Virus record (IMG/VR): IMGVR_UViG_3300003690_000009
Location: 1-58,155 of that record
Reading direction: 5' to 3' (one strand)
From: a virus
Taxonomy: Duplodnaviria > Caudoviricetes
Length of the DNA: 58,155 bases
This document shows positions 43,806 through 54,807 of the stretch, piece after piece; position 1 is the first letter of the stretch, and each line of letters opens with the position of its first letter. The notes beneath the pieces were generated by a model that made no database searches, was not told where the DNA came from, and saw nothing but the letters and a program-made list of their open reading frames with translations. Position numbers and translations under genes: made by a program.

Positions 43806-44753
43806 TTACCCGCGCAGAGCGTTCTCGGCCTGCCACCCCTGATCCGTAGGCCACTGCACTTTCCGCTGCCACTCACGCTCGTCCTGCCATCTCGACTCAC
43901 CGCGTCCCATGAGATACTCATTCATCTGACGCTGATACATATCGTTGTATTCCGACCGCCTGGCGTCGTATCCAAGCCGCTGGGCTGCGAGGTCACGTCC
44001 GGCGCCCGTTTCGGCCATAGTCGCTTCAGCCTGCGCGCGTGCCATCTCATCCCCGCGCACATCCTGGCGCTGGCCGTATCCCATCTGATACTCGCCCAGC
44101 GCACGCCCGTACCGGTCCCGATCTGTCTGCAACGCCTGCTGGTACGACATCTGATGCTCGCCCAGCGCTTTCCCGTATTCCTTGTCGTACTCCGACGTGG
44201 CGTATTCCTGACCGTACTTCATCAGGTCTTTCCAGGTATTGCCCGACCGCAACATGCCCCCCGCTGAAGCGGCGTTCTCCAAGGCCCGCTGTCCCTCCTG
44301 GAGACGGAACTGATACCCCGGCCGCTGCTGCGCCTGCTCCCAGGACGGCGCTTCAAAGTCGCGGAAGTCCACGGCTCCGCCAGGAGACTGAAATTGCGCG
44401 CCAGGATCGAATTGACCCAGCGCATTCATCATGCCCTTGCCGCCCTGGCCGCTCGTGAACGATCCAAACGTCCCCGGCGACGTGGCCCCCGTGAACCCCG
44501 TTCCCAGCGGCCTCGTCCAGTATCCGTACTGATCAGAGACGGCAGGGTCTCCATCCTTCTGCTGCTCTGGACTGAGAGGAGCGAAATCTTGCGGTGGTCC
44601 CCCAGGAGTGGGCGTGTACCCTGGGTTCCGTTCCTGCCCACCCCCATACGGACCGCCCCATCCACCGTCTGGGTATTGTGCGTTCGGGTCACCCCACCCA
44701 CTATAGTCGCCACCATACCCGTCCCCGCCAGGAAATCTCCAATTTTGGGCCAT
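43806..44753 (-). CDS. DNA transfer (ejection) protein
   Basis: PGYQFRLQEGQRALENAASAGGMLRSG...YGQ..A..EY signature. Confidence 0.8.
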   Translation of the reverse strand: MAQNWRFPGGDGYGGDYSGWGDPNAQYPDGGWGGPYGGGQERNPGYTPTPGGPPQDFAPLSPEQQKDGDPAVSDQYGYWTRPLGTGFTGATSPGTFGSFTSGQGGKGMMNALGQFDPGAQFQSPGGAVDFRDFEAPSWEQAQQRPGYQFRLQEGQRALENAASAGGMLRSGNTWKDLMKYGQEYATSEYDKEYGKALGEHQMSYQQALQTDRDRYGRALGEYQMGYGQRQDVRGDEMARAQAEATMAETGAGRDLAAQRLGYDARRSEYNDMYQRQMNEYLMGRGESRWQDEREWQRKVQWPTDQGWQAENALRG

Positions 44754-44762
44754 TATTCTCTC

Positions 44763-45434
44763 CTACGTGTACAGGTCACTCATGCGCCCACGCGGGGGAC
44801 GAGGTGGAGGAGGCTGTAAATCCTCGATGTAGCCGGTACTCGCGTTGATGCCAGGTCGCTGTTGTGCCGGACCACGCGCCTGGAGGTCTCTGGCGCTCGC
44901 GTACCCCCCGCCAGCCCCGGCATATTGCTCCGGGAAATACCCCGCCGGAGGTGGCGTAAAGGCAGACGGGTCCGTCTGGGGGATGTTGACATCCGGGAGC
45001 CCAGGAATCCCCAGCTGCGCCATCGTGTTCCGATACGTCTCGTCAGACCCCATGAGCCGACCGCGCTGACGCTGAAACGTCTGATGTTCTCGCTTCCGAT
45101 TGTAATCTTCCGCCTCCGCCATGGTCGCTTCGGCGCGGCGATTTGCGTCCTCTTGCACCTTGCTGGCACGGCGCTCACCGATCATTCTGCCGATGATCGA
45201 CCCTCCAGCCAGAATGGCAGATGTGACTGCGGCCATATCGAACTCCTCCATGGACTTCTTCAGCAAGCCAGGGCTTCCACCCGGAGCACCAACCTGCGTG
45301 GTCGGAACATACCCCTCAAATGACTGACTCTCGATCGGGGCGTCGATAATACCCTTATACATATCGCCAACGTCTCTCAAGAACTGGCTTGAGGGATGGC
45401 GCTGTGTGACGGGAGAATAACCATTTCCTGCCAT
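44763..45434 (-). CDS. DNA transfer protein (P22 gp7-like position)
   Basis: AILAGGSIIG hydrophobic patch followed by A/Q-rich helix. Confidence 0.6.
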   Translation of the reverse strand: MAGNGYSPVTQRHPSSQFLRDVGDMYKGIIDAPIESQSFEGYVPTTQVGAPGGSPGLLKKSMEEFDMAAVTSAILAGGSIIGRMIGERRASKVQEDANRRAEATMAEAEDYNRKREHQTFQRQRGRLMGSDETYRNTMAQLGIPGLPDVNIPQTDPSAFTPPPAGYFPEQYAGAGGGYASARDLQARGPAQQRPGINASTGYIEDLQPPPPRPPRGRMSDLYT

Positions 45435-45868
45435 CAGAATGCCTTTTGGAAATGCGTCTCCAATTCGGAGAACCCCAGACGCCTGTAAAACGACTTCACC
45501 CGATCGTTCGGCGCCACAACGTGCATCCACGGAATCCGGTTGTCCCGCACCCATTTCTCCGCGTGCTTGAGCAACCGCATCCCATCAAGACCGCCGCGCG
45601 CCTCCGGATTCATCCACCAAAACAACTCCGACGAGAGCGCCTGTCCCGTCATGGGATGGTCGTAGACCAGCACCCCAATCGTCCCCACCACATTCTCATC
45701 CTGCTCCGACACCAGCAAAAACCCGCTGGGATTGGAAATCAATTCCGCCAGGAGTTCCTGCATCTTCTCAGCATTGAAGATCAGCGTGTCCGCATAGTGG
45801 GTCTCCAGAAACGCTTTCGCCATGTCCAGCAGCACCGGCACGTCGTCGTCTGTCGCCCAGCGAATCAC
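45434..45868 (-). CDS. GNAT acetyltransferase
   Basis: ELFWWMNPEARG...LLKHAEKW...FYRRLGF. Confidence 0.88.
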   Translation of the reverse strand: MIRWATDDDVPVLLDMAKAFLETHYADTLIFNAEKMQELLAELISNPSGFLLVSEQDENVVGTIGVLVYDHPMTGQALSSELFWWMNPEARGGLDGMRLLKHAEKWVRDNRIPWMHVVAPNDRVKSFYRRLGFSELETHFQKAF

Positions 45869-45876
45869 AGCTACAC

Positions 45877-47523
45877 CTATGCAAATGTAACGGACTTCCA
45901 CGAACCATTGAAAATATACAGTTTGTTATTGGTGCGGTCATACACCAATGGAACCGATGTGCCAATCGTCGCCGGACCTTCAGCCAAAGATCCACCTAGA
46001 GTACCTGTCGGCGTTCCGCCCATGCTCGGGATGAAGAAAAACCCGCGTTCTGCACCAGTTGCCAGGCTCTCGCCCCCCACAGACACATTGCCACCCTCAC
46101 GATTGAGCATGAGATGCGCTGGAGTACCCTCATTATTATTCCCCCAATACGGCGCATCTGTACGGGGCTCTTTCTCCGACCACCGCGACTGCTGACCGAT
46201 AAAACCTCCCTGCGCCCCATATGTGGTGAGGTAGGCATTGCAGTTATCGGTCCCAGACGCCACCAATCGCTGAATCGCCACATTCGTCGTGTCCTGGGTG
46301 TTTTCCACAACCATCAGGGCTTTCGGTGTCACATATTCAGTCACATACTCGTTCTTGTCACTCTCCAATTCCGTGTTCGCACCACGCACATCCAGTGTTG
46401 CACGCACGGTCTGCTGATTATTAGCATCCACCGTGTCCGGACCCAGCAGGACGGGGTCTGGAGACGTCAGCAATGGAGATTGATCCACCAGATCGCCGCT
46501 CACCAGGGTCTGTGACATCGTCGTGCGAAGATTCGTGCCCACCGTCGTCGGCAGCGCAAAGGCGTTGTTCCCAGTCGCATCCCCCACCGCCAGCGCGCGC
46601 TGCTGTGTCGGCGTCCCCGTCACGCTATGCACCGTGGTGCAGTCGGCCGTCGAGGGATTCAGGAACACATTCCCCGTATTGCCTGCACCCGACGCCCACA
46701 GAATTCCGACCTCGCAGTCCGTCACGGAAAGATTGACCCAGGTGCCACTCCCGTTCAACGAGATCCCCGTCACGCACCCAGACACCTCACAGTCAACCCA
46801 CAGATTCTTGCTGCTGCCACCCTCACTCAAATCAAATCCAATGGATGGAACACCAAACGACGAATCCGACACCCCCACCGACACACGGACGCCTTCGTAG
46901 GTATTCAACGTGTTGCCAGTGCCCACGCTCAACCCGGTGCCCCCACCGGCCAGAAACACATTTGTGAACCGCGACCGTGTCACGTCATCGCCAATCGCCA
47001 GGGCCGAGCCACTCCTCGCGACACATCCCAGCGCGAGATGCTCAATCACGAGCCCGTCCACGCCACTACACGTCAACACATTCTCACCCACCGTGTCTTG
47101 CGTGAGCACCGACCCCTGCACACCGCTCTCGCCCACCTCGTACCCAGCACCGCAAAGACGAATCGCCCTGGTCACGGTAATAGCACTCGTCAGCCTGTAG
47201 AAAGCGTCCTCCGCGCAGGGGGGGAAGTACACCACTCCTCCAGCTGGACACGCCGCAATGGCAGCCTCGATCGCAGCCGTATCGTCGGTGACACCATCTC
47301 CCGTCGCCCCCCGAGAGACTACATTGATAAATCCGTTGAGCTTGACCTCATTCGCCGCAATCTGCACCGCATTCGCATCACTGACCGTTTTGTTGGTATT
47401 GATCTGGTCGGCCGTGGTCTGCAAATACTGCACATACTCCCGCGTCAGCAGCTTCTTGTCCCACTCACCACCGACCGGATCGATCAACACCCAGTTGCGA
47501 AGCGGAACGTCCGGAAGCGCCAT
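45877..47523 (-). CDS. Tail needle/tailspike with pectin-lyase-like beta-helix
   Basis: NVVSRGATGDGVTDDTAAIEAAI...VYFP motif after a short coiled coil. Confidence 0.8.
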   Translation of the reverse strand: MALPDVPLRNWVLIDPVGGEWDKKLLTREYVQYLQTTADQINTNKTVSDANAVQIAANEVKLNGFINVVSRGATGDGVTDDTAAIEAAIAACPAGGVVYFPPCAEDAFYRLTSAITVTRAIRLCGAGYEVGESGVQGSVLTQDTVGENVLTCSGVDGLVIEHLALGCVARSGSALAIGDDVTRSRFTNVFLAGGGTGLSVGTGNTLNTYEGVRVSVGVSDSSFGVPSIGFDLSEGGSSKNLWVDCEVSGCVTGISLNGSGTWVNLSVTDCEVGILWASGAGNTGNVFLNPSTADCTTVHSVTGTPTQQRALAVGDATGNNAFALPTTVGTNLRTTMSQTLVSGDLVDQSPLLTSPDPVLLGPDTVDANNQQTVRATLDVRGANTELESDKNEYVTEYVTPKALMVVENTQDTTNVAIQRLVASGTDNCNAYLTTYGAQGGFIGQQSRWSEKEPRTDAPYWGNNNEGTPAHLMLNREGGNVSVGGESLATGAERGFFFIPSMGGTPTGTLGGSLAEGPATIGTSVPLVYDRTNNKLYIFNGSWKSVTFA

Positions 47524-49014
47524 CTAGGAACTCCCCTGACTGACATCCACGTACGCGGCAATCAAACGCCATGGAATCGGATCACTGACTGCTACCTCAA
47601 ACACACGGTCGCGCCCACGCCCCAACCGTCGCCAGATGGCCCGCGCGTTGTATTCTCCCAATTTGCCGGCCGACACCCAGTGCTCGTTGCCCCAGTTATG
47701 GCCGCCATCATCACTCCAGCGCACCATGATCTGGGGATCACTTCCCTGTCCAGTAGACGCTCCCAATCCGGTCTCCAACAGAATCTGGAACCTGTGATAG
47801 AAGAGCGACAAATTTTCCATCGTCAGGTGCGGTGTCCGTCGCACACGACGAATGACCCCGCCTCCGGCGTCGAGAAAATTGTTGATCGACAGATCGTACA
47901 CTTCACCTGCTTCACGGTCCCCCACCAGATGCTTGCCGAACGCATACGCATGGTGCTGGGGTCTCCAGGCATCGTAGCGACGCTCCGGCGCATTCCAGGT
48001 ACCGCGCTCATGCCAGAGCCCCGTGATCGCATCAAACACCCAGGTCGCGTTCGCGGACGGAAAATTCAACACATAAAACTGATGTCCACCATCCTGGTAC
48101 GTAAACGCCACGGCGTCGTTCACATTCAATCCATCGCGCACATACCCTTGAATCGCAAACTCGACCGCGTGCGTGCTGATGCGCTGGGGGATATACCCTT
48201 TCGCCATCCACACCATGCACGCGCCTTCTTCGCTGCCACCCAACCACACGACCGTGTTCCCAACCCGCGCGGCCGAGAACGGCGCAATGATGCCCTCCTC
48301 AAGAAATGCACCGGGAATCGGCGCAAAGGGAAACGGTGACGTGCCCGCGTTGTACCAGACTTCAGAGGTGTTGCGCCCGAACAGCCAGATATCACGATGC
48401 GCCACCAGGATGGCATCCCACGGGTCGGACCCCGCCGTGCGCTGGGCCACCTGTGTCGCATCCCAGGTCTTGGTCCCATCATTCAATTCCGAAATTTGCA
48501 GGGTCGAAGTAGAGGTGTCAAGCGCCAGGAAGAACCCGTCCAGAAACGCGCCCTGCGTTGCCGCCAGGATGTTCTCACCCGACCCGTACTTCACCTCTGT
48601 CAGCGCATTCGTGCTCAACGTCAGGATGTACCCCCGACCGCCTGACGTCAGGAAAACCTGGTCGCCCGCATCGACATTCGCCGCGAATGTCACGGGTTGA
48701 CCGTCCCAGACCATGGCGCCCAGGAGCGTTGTCGCCCCATCCCCACCAATCTCGTACAGATTGTGTCCAACAGCCACAAAGCACCGGTCGCGATTGCCGG
48801 TATACACCGACGTCATCCCCAACACCGATTGATCGGAAGCATCTGTCACGGGGAAAGTCGCGATCGACGCGCACCCAGGCGTGGGATACAGCACGGCCCG
48901 AGCCGGTTCATCCTGCACCTCGACCTGCTCCACATACCAGTTCACGCACCGCTGGATGGAGGCCCGTGGACTCTGCGACACATACGACGGTCCCACGAAT
49001 CCAGGAAATCTCAT
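47524..49014 (-). CDS. Packaged DNA stabilisation/tail hub protein (P22 gp10-like)
   Basis: LYPTPG, ISTHAVE, YQDGGHQFYVL, WSDDGG and RVFEV motifs. Confidence 0.88.
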   Translation of the reverse strand: MRFPGFVGPSYVSQSPRASIQRCVNWYVEQVEVQDEPARAVLYPTPGCASIATFPVTDASDQSVLGMTSVYTGNRDRCFVAVGHNLYEIGGDGATTLLGAMVWDGQPVTFAANVDAGDQVFLTSGGRGYILTLSTNALTEVKYGSGENILAATQGAFLDGFFLALDTSTSTLQISELNDGTKTWDATQVAQRTAGSDPWDAILVAHRDIWLFGRNTSEVWYNAGTSPFPFAPIPGAFLEEGIIAPFSAARVGNTVVWLGGSEEGACMVWMAKGYIPQRISTHAVEFAIQGYVRDGLNVNDAVAFTYQDGGHQFYVLNFPSANATWVFDAITGLWHERGTWNAPERRYDAWRPQHHAYAFGKHLVGDREAGEVYDLSINNFLDAGGGVIRRVRRTPHLTMENLSLFYHRFQILLETGLGASTGQGSDPQIMVRWSDDGGHNWGNEHWVSAGKLGEYNARAIWRRLGRGRDRVFEVAVSDPIPWRLIAAYVDVSQGSS

Positions 49015-49745
49015 CGATAGCGATCCGTGCGCCAGTTATACCGCCCGCCATGCACGAGCAGCGCGGTGTCTATGGAGAGCGTTTCCTTGCTGCCGTTTAC
49101 ACGCTTGATGTTCCCGAAGGTATCCATCGCCAGGGCCAACAACTCGGGATTCAACGGACGCCCAAATTCCGGACCCAGCCGCAACGCCAGCTGATACCGC
49201 ATCGCCTCTTCGTACCCTGGTGGGAACGTGTAGTCCGTCGTACGATCCGCAAATTTCACCAGGGCCGTGGGTGTATAGAGCACCAACTGAGCATCACTGG
49301 TGCGCGGAATCGGCCAGACGCTGATCTGCGCCAGCCCAGCCGTCCAATTCTTGTCGTAATAAAACTCAGTCGGAAACGTGCTCGTCGTACCCTTGATGGC
49401 GACATTCTGCCATTGCGTCACAGTCATCGACGCCGTAATCGGTAGCTCGACTCTTTGTTCTGCCGTAGCATCTCTGTTGGGGATCACGCTCGCCGCAGTA
49501 ATCCACAGAGGACGCACAATATCAAACGTGCCTCCGGTGCCGATAGTGTAGTCCTGCGTGGACGACGTGAGATTAAACACCGTGCGCGCGGTGGTATACA
49601 CCGTCAGGCGCTGCGTCGCCCACGTATCAATCATCCCGTTCAAGATGGCAAAGGAGTCTGCGACATCATTGCCGTTTGCGGTTTCACCAGCCGCCAACAC
49701 GCCTATCGTCTTGAGCGTACGCTCAATCAAAGTGTTCGCCGTCAC
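49011..49745 (-). CDS. Head-tail adaptor (P22 gp4-like)
   Basis: LKTIGVLAAGE...LN.MID.W and PPGYEEAMRYQLALRL.PEFG. Confidence 0.8.
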   Translation of the reverse strand: MTANTLIERTLKTIGVLAAGETANGNDVADSFAILNGMIDTWATQRLTVYTTARTVFNLTSSTQDYTIGTGGTFDIVRPLWITAASVIPNRDATAEQRVELPITASMTVTQWQNVAIKGTTSTFPTEFYYDKNWTAGLAQISVWPIPRTSDAQLVLYTPTALVKFADRTTDYTFPPGYEEAMRYQLALRLGPEFGRPLNPELLALAMDTFGNIKRVNGSKETLSIDTALLVHGGRYNWRTDRYR

Positions 49746-49756
49746 AATGACCCCGC

Positions 49757-49942
49757 TTATGAAAAACGCTTCCGCGATTTCTCTTTTTTCGGAGCACCCC
49801 GAAAGGGACCAGCTGGTGAATCAGACCACCCGAACCCCAGCGCTTTGAGCGCGGCCGGGTCATTCACGATCTTCCCCACCACCTTGCCATCGAGCTTGGT
49901 GTACATCCATTTGGGATAGGTAGATTCGTAAGAATCAGGCAT
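49757..49942 (-). CDS. Small virion-module protein
   Basis: YPKWMY...GW.DSPA; follows the coat gene. Confidence 0.65.
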   Translation of the reverse strand: MPDSYESTYPKWMYTKLDGKVVGKIVNDPAALKALGFGWSDSPAGPFRGAPKKEKSRKRFS

Positions 49943-50017
49943 TCTCTCGTCCTTCCTCATGACGAAATGGAGCGGAGAGGACGCCAGGCGCCCCCTCCGA
50001 CCACCCACCACAATGCG

Positions 50018-51229
50018 CTAGCCCTGAATCCGACAGGCCAACTCTGGACGCAATGTCGCCCAGCCGTACAGCACATCCAAGCGGCACGGGAACTTATCAG
50101 TCGTGATGTCGTAATCGCGAATGAGGCGAATCGACATACCCAACTGATCGTCCGAAACGCGCGCAGCCATGTCGGTGCCCTTCGGCAGCGGCAAATCGGC
50201 CATCGCCAGCGTGAACGCATCCTTGTGATACGCGAGCGCTGTCGGTGACTGTGTAGACTCAGCCCCCAGGAACGTCAACGCCGCGCCATCCGCTGGCAAC
50301 GCATCAACAGTCTGGAACGCTGTGGTCGTCTTGATCGCCGGACTGATGGGGATCGTCATGGCCCCACCCGACGACGTGGTGTCAGCCGTCACGACAAACT
50401 GCTGCGACGTGCCGGTGGACTGACGGCTTTGCGGGTTGACATGGTTCACGCCAGCCAGCGTGAAGATGTCGCCCTCCTTGACCGTGGACGCACCAGAATT
50501 CCACCCATCGGTCACGACACTCGTCGCCCCGGTGGCCGTGGCCCCATTTGTCAGTGGCGTCGCACTGGTCGTGAAGACTCCACTGGTATGGGTGTTGACG
50601 TTCTGATCCATGTACCACTCAAAGCCAACCGCCGTGCCCATCTGTCCCCGCGCATACTGCGAGGCAATCGCCGTCGACTGCTGAAAGAGTCCCTTCAGCG
50701 CATCTACGATGGTGGCCTGCATCAGCGGGGTGATGCACAAAGTACGACCCCCATCCATCGGGGCCGCATTGTCGTCGAGTTTGACACCGGCCGTCAGATA
50801 CGTGAGGAGCGCAGCCGGGGTGGTCCCCGGTGTGCCCACCGCGCTGGAGATGCCGGTGTAGAGGCCCAACCCGTCGTTGTCGATCTTGTTCGCGATCGTC
50901 GCGACGGCCGGGGTGATGAACCGCTTGCTAAAGTCGGAAATCTTCAACGCCAGGTCTTCCGAGGTGAAGCTGATATCGACACCGAACTGCGTGTCGAGCG
51001 TCACCGCAACCTGCGTTTCGGTCGCGTCCTCAATGGCGAGGGTCGCGCCCGTCCGACCGATGTAGCGAGGCGGCTTTCTGACGTTCAGAACGGTACCGAT
51101 CTTCGCGCCTTCGATACCGAACTTGCTGTCGTACTGACGATTGACGCCCTTGGTGAACGTCAAGTTGTTCTCCAGCACCATCAGGGCTTCCCTGGTGATC
51201 ATGGAGATGGTGAGTAAAGTATTCGCCAT
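50018..51229 (-). CDS. Major capsid protein (P22 gp5 family)
   Basis: MANTLLT..MITREAL.VLENNL...RLDVLYGW..LRPE.ACR. Confidence 0.95.
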   Translation of the reverse strand: MANTLLTISMITREALMVLENNLTFTKGVNRQYDSKFGIEGAKIGTVLNVRKPPRYIGRTGATLAIEDATETQVAVTLDTQFGVDISFTSEDLALKISDFSKRFITPAVATIANKIDNDGLGLYTGISSAVGTPGTTPAALLTYLTAGVKLDDNAAPMDGGRTLCITPLMQATIVDALKGLFQQSTAIASQYARGQMGTAVGFEWYMDQNVNTHTSGVFTTSATPLTNGATATGATSVVTDGWNSGASTVKEGDIFTLAGVNHVNPQSRQSTGTSQQFVVTADTTSSGGAMTIPISPAIKTTTAFQTVDALPADGAALTFLGAESTQSPTALAYHKDAFTLAMADLPLPKGTDMAARVSDDQLGMSIRLIRDYDITTDKFPCRLDVLYGWATLRPELACRIQG

Positions 51230-51262
51230 CGCACTCTCATCTGCGACAACGATAACGCTATA

Positions 51263-52390
51263 TTATCGATCGCGCCCCTGCATCCGAGCCCGTCGATAGG
51301 ATTGGTAATCCATTTGGTCTAGCGGCACCGTTGACGCTGTAACTCCCCCACCGACCGGCTTGATAGGTCGAGGAGCTTGGGTTAATGATGCCGCAGGTGA
51401 GGCAGGGCCGGTCTGAGCAGCCTCGATCCGCGCTTCTAGTTTTCCCATTTCCCGAATTGCTGCCATCGGTGCCATCGCGGAGATGCGGTCACACTCTTCT
51501 GGGAAGCGACAGAGGTGATACATCACAGCTGGTCCCATGTCTGAGTTCAGCACCGAATCCTGCATCGGGCGTGTCATTGGCAAGTCACGTCCTTGCTCAA
51601 TCACTGCATCGAAATCATCATGCTCCGAACGGAAGGCGTCGATTCGCGACGTATGTGCAGCGACGATCGCTTCCTGGGCACGTTGTGCGGAGGCCCGCTC
51701 GATGCGTTCACGCGCCTCTACGTCATGTTCCGTCAGCCGTAAATTCACTTTCCAGTCTACCAGAGCTTCTTGAAATTGTTCGTAGGTCTCAAAATCATCC
51801 TGCGCGGGGCGCCCAGCTGCCGCCACGGGCGCAGCGTCCGTCTCCGGAACCGGTTGCCGGTACCGTGGTGCGACATCCACCACGTCCTCATCCGATCCGG
51901 TCTTGGCTGGAGCAGGCGGCGTCGGCGTGGGGGGCGGCGGCACGACACGCGCGGCGGCTGTCTTGATCGCCTGCAACTCCACCGCGAGCGCGTCGGCTCG
52001 ACTCTTCTCGACCGCTTTCTCACGCGCCAGCTGACTCGCCCGATCTTTGTAGGAGCGACCCCGACGACGACGACGTTTCGGCTTTTCTACGTCCGCGTCC
52101 TCCGTCTCGTCTTTCGTGTCTACCGTCTCGGGTTCCTCACCGTCGTCCGACTCCACGACCTCCGGTTCGCTCGCGATGACCTCCGGCGACGACTCTTCAC
52201 CGAGCCCAGCCGCATCCATGGTCTCCGCTGTCGGCGCTTCTTCGGAATGCACGTCCGGTTGCGAATAGCGCTGGGCGACGGCCACGACCTCTTCAGGCGC
52301 AGCCGGGATCTCCACCGGTTTGTTCGCTTGTTCCGCAACCTCTGTGACAACTGCTTCGCTGTCAGTCGTGCTCGAAATCGTGACGGTCAT
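51263..52390 (-). CDS. Scaffolding protein
   Basis: Acidic N-terminus, P..DDFETYE.F..AL..W, GPAVMYHL and APRPIKPV; lies between portal and coat. Confidence 0.85.
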   Translation of the reverse strand: MTVTISSTTDSEAVVTEVAEQANKPVEIPAAPEEVVAVAQRYSQPDVHSEEAPTAETMDAAGLGEESSPEVIASEPEVVESDDGEEPETVDTKDETEDADVEKPKRRRRRGRSYKDRASQLAREKAVEKSRADALAVELQAIKTAAARVVPPPPTPTPPAPAKTGSDEDVVDVAPRYRQPVPETDAAPVAAAGRPAQDDFETYEQFQEALVDWKVNLRLTEHDVEARERIERASAQRAQEAIVAAHTSRIDAFRSEHDDFDAVIEQGRDLPMTRPMQDSVLNSDMGPAVMYHLCRFPEECDRISAMAPMAAIREMGKLEARIEAAQTGPASPAASLTQAPRPIKPVGGGVTASTVPLDQMDYQSYRRARMQGRDR

Positions 52391-52400
52391 AGATCAACTC

Positions 52401-54800
52401 CTACACGGTGCCCGGAGGCGGTCCCGATGGAGGCACTCCCGGTCCAGCCGGACCAGGCCCAGGCCCAGTCGGACCAGGCGGTCGAGCCCCCGGTGATGGA
52501 GGCCGAGCACCCCCGGCTGATTGTCCCTGCCGTTCTCGCACGTCCTTGCGATCTTCCAGAATCATCCGTTCGTAGCGCTGTTCAGCGGCTTCGGATTCCG
52601 ACAAGGAGCGGCCAATCATCCCCTCCAGGCGACGCACTTCCGTCTGAAGCACTTCAGACGCACGAGTCTGTTCGATCTTCGCCAGGGCGCGCGCGTTCTC
52701 GCCCTCCTGCTTGATCGCCTCCAGCTGCATCTTCGACTGTAGCTCACGCTCCTGGCTCGCCGCGTCGGCCGCAATATCCTGCCGCTTGATTTCCAGCTGC
52801 GCCTGCTGCTTGGCCTGATCCGTCTGGAGCGCCTGTTGGGCTTCCTCGTACGCCTGTGTGACCTGCTTCAACTGCGTCTCCAGCCCCTGAATCTTCATCT
52901 GCGCGTCCGGCGGCAGCTGACTGGTGTTCACATCTTCCTGCAAGTTCGGCGGGAGCATCTTCCGCAACCGCGCGGCCACCTTCTTGCTCCCCGGCCAGTC
53001 CATGTTCTCCGCCAGTAAGTCGCCAATCTGCGGGAAGACGGCCGGATACGCCTGGATGAATTTCGTGAGCGCGTCCGTCGCATCCTGACGCCGGGTCTGG
53101 AAACTCGGTCCCACCGACACCGTGACATCGTAGCGCCCGACGCCCAGGTCGTAGATGCCCTCGACCCCCGTGGGCACTTGCTGCGCCTGATCCGGACTCG
53201 GCTGATTCTGCGCGCCCGCAAACACCATCACGTTTTTCACCTGATCATCGACGCCGAGGATACGCATCACGCGCGCCGTGTCGTAAATCTTCGGCATCAT
53301 GTCGACGATGATGCGACCAACCTGCCGGACCGACCGCGCCAGATTTTCCAGGTAGTGGCTGTTCGCCATCTCATCCTGCTGCTGCCGAGACCGGATGGCT
53401 TTGCCGGATTCCTGGGGGCCGCGCATTCCCAGCGACGCATCGTGAAACCCCCCGGTCGACTTCAAATCCTGGTCCGACTGCATGATCGCCGCCGTCATCG
53501 CTTGGATCGGCGGTTCCCACTGCTGGCGTTGCGGCGGAGGCGACAGTTGGCCGCTCACCGTCTTCGGCTTGTATTCCAGGTAGGGATAGTTGCGAATATT
53601 CGCCGTGTTCCACTTCTGCTCGTGCCCCTCCATCTGCCCTTCGGCCGCGATAAACGGCGCGCGCGGCGCGAGCGCAATCATCTCCGTTTGCGCGGAGACC
53701 CAGTAGTTGTACATGCGCTGCGGGTCTTTCGCGTCCCGCACAATCCCCCGATAATCCACCACCCCGTTGATGTTGATCTCGTCCCCGGTGACCGGCACGA
53801 GTGGAATATATTTCCCCGGCCACTCGGTCCCGGCCGTCAACTCCTCGTTGCCTTCCAGTACCTCGACGGCGTTGATGAGCGCCCACCGGACCGTCCGGGT
53901 CGTGATCTCTCGCTCCGTCACAATCGTGACGCCCTGCGGCAACTTCTCGGGGTCAGTGCTTGACAGCGACGACCGGCGCTCGCGCACGCGGCTGCCGTCC
54001 GGGAGCATCAACAAGACCATCGTCTCGCGGGTCTCTTCGATGTAAAAATACTCGGCAATGCGAATGTTGCCTTCCGGCATCCACTCCTGTTCCATGTTGC
54101 CAGAGCTTGTGAAATCCGAGAGCCCGGCCAGTTCGGAATCCGGGAAGCGCCAGCGGTATTCCGAGATCGGCAGATCCTCCACCACGAACGCATAGCGCGC
54201 ATCGGACCCGTCCGGCTTCTGGATGTTGGGGTCCATGTAGACCGCGAACGGATTCGGCACGCGCGCAATCCGAATCTCCTGATCCATCGCGAACTCATCG
54301 TCGTCAAGGTAGTCGGTGACCACCCGGATGTAGCCGCGCCCCATCGTGCATTGATGGTCTCCGGCTGTCGTGTAGGCGACGTCGGCATCGCTCTTCACTT
54401 CGATGTGCCGGACGACCCCCTGGATCACCTCGGCCACATCCTCGTTTGAGTTATCGCCGGTCGGACTGACCTCGATCGCGGGCCGCGAGATGCGCTGGTT
54501 GTTGGTGACCTGCCGGATAAAACTCGGCAGCCGATTCACCGTCAGGCACGGGCGGTTGTCCTGCTCCCGCATCGTCTTGACGTTGGCGGGCCACTGCTCC
54601 GACGCACGGAACTGCAAATCCTCCAGCATGTGCTGCCGCAACATGCTCTCCGCGTCGTTGATGGTGCGGAACCGGTCGTGCGCGAGCGTGAGAAAATCCT
54701 GAACCGCCTCGCGCTGCTCCGCTGCGGGATCGGTCGTCCCGGTCCCAGGCTCTTCCTGGACGACGACCTGATACCCGCCGCCGGTTAAATCGTGTGGCAT
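52401..54800 (-). CDS. Portal protein (P22-like)
   Basis: RPCLTVNRL, GIVRDAKDPQRMYNYW and G.YDVTV.VGPS..T.R motifs. Confidence 0.95.
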   Translation of the reverse strand: MPHDLTGGGYQVVVQEEPGTGTTDPAAEQREAVQDFLTLAHDRFRTINDAESMLRQHMLEDLQFRASEQWPANVKTMREQDNRPCLTVNRLPSFIRQVTNNQRISRPAIEVSPTGDNSNEDVAEVIQGVVRHIEVKSDADVAYTTAGDHQCTMGRGYIRVVTDYLDDDEFAMDQEIRIARVPNPFAVYMDPNIQKPDGSDARYAFVVEDLPISEYRWRFPDSELAGLSDFTSSGNMEQEWMPEGNIRIAEYFYIEETRETMVLLMLPDGSRVRERRSSLSSTDPEKLPQGVTIVTEREITTRTVRWALINAVEVLEGNEELTAGTEWPGKYIPLVPVTGDEININGVVDYRGIVRDAKDPQRMYNYWVSAQTEMIALAPRAPFIAAEGQMEGHEQKWNTANIRNYPYLEYKPKTVSGQLSPPPQRQQWEPPIQAMTAAIMQSDQDLKSTGGFHDASLGMRGPQESGKAIRSRQQQDEMANSHYLENLARSVRQVGRIIVDMMPKIYDTARVMRILGVDDQVKNVMVFAGAQNQPSPDQAQQVPTGVEGIYDLGVGRYDVTVSVGPSFQTRRQDATDALTKFIQAYPAVFPQIGDLLAENMDWPGSKKVAARLRKMLPPNLQEDVNTSQLPPDAQMKIQGLETQLKQVTQAYEEAQQALQTDQAKQQAQLEIKRQDIAADAASQERELQSKMQLEAIKQEGENARALAKIEQTRASEVLQTEVRRLEGMIGRSLSESEAAEQRYERMILEDRKDVRERQGQSAGGARPPSPGARPPGPTGPGPGPAGPGVPPSGPPPGTV

Positions 54801-54807
54801 CGTGAGC

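Noticed and set aside
49950-50010. Terminator after the coat gene
   Set aside because: A GC hairpin is present on the minus strand, but there is no convincing U-tract.
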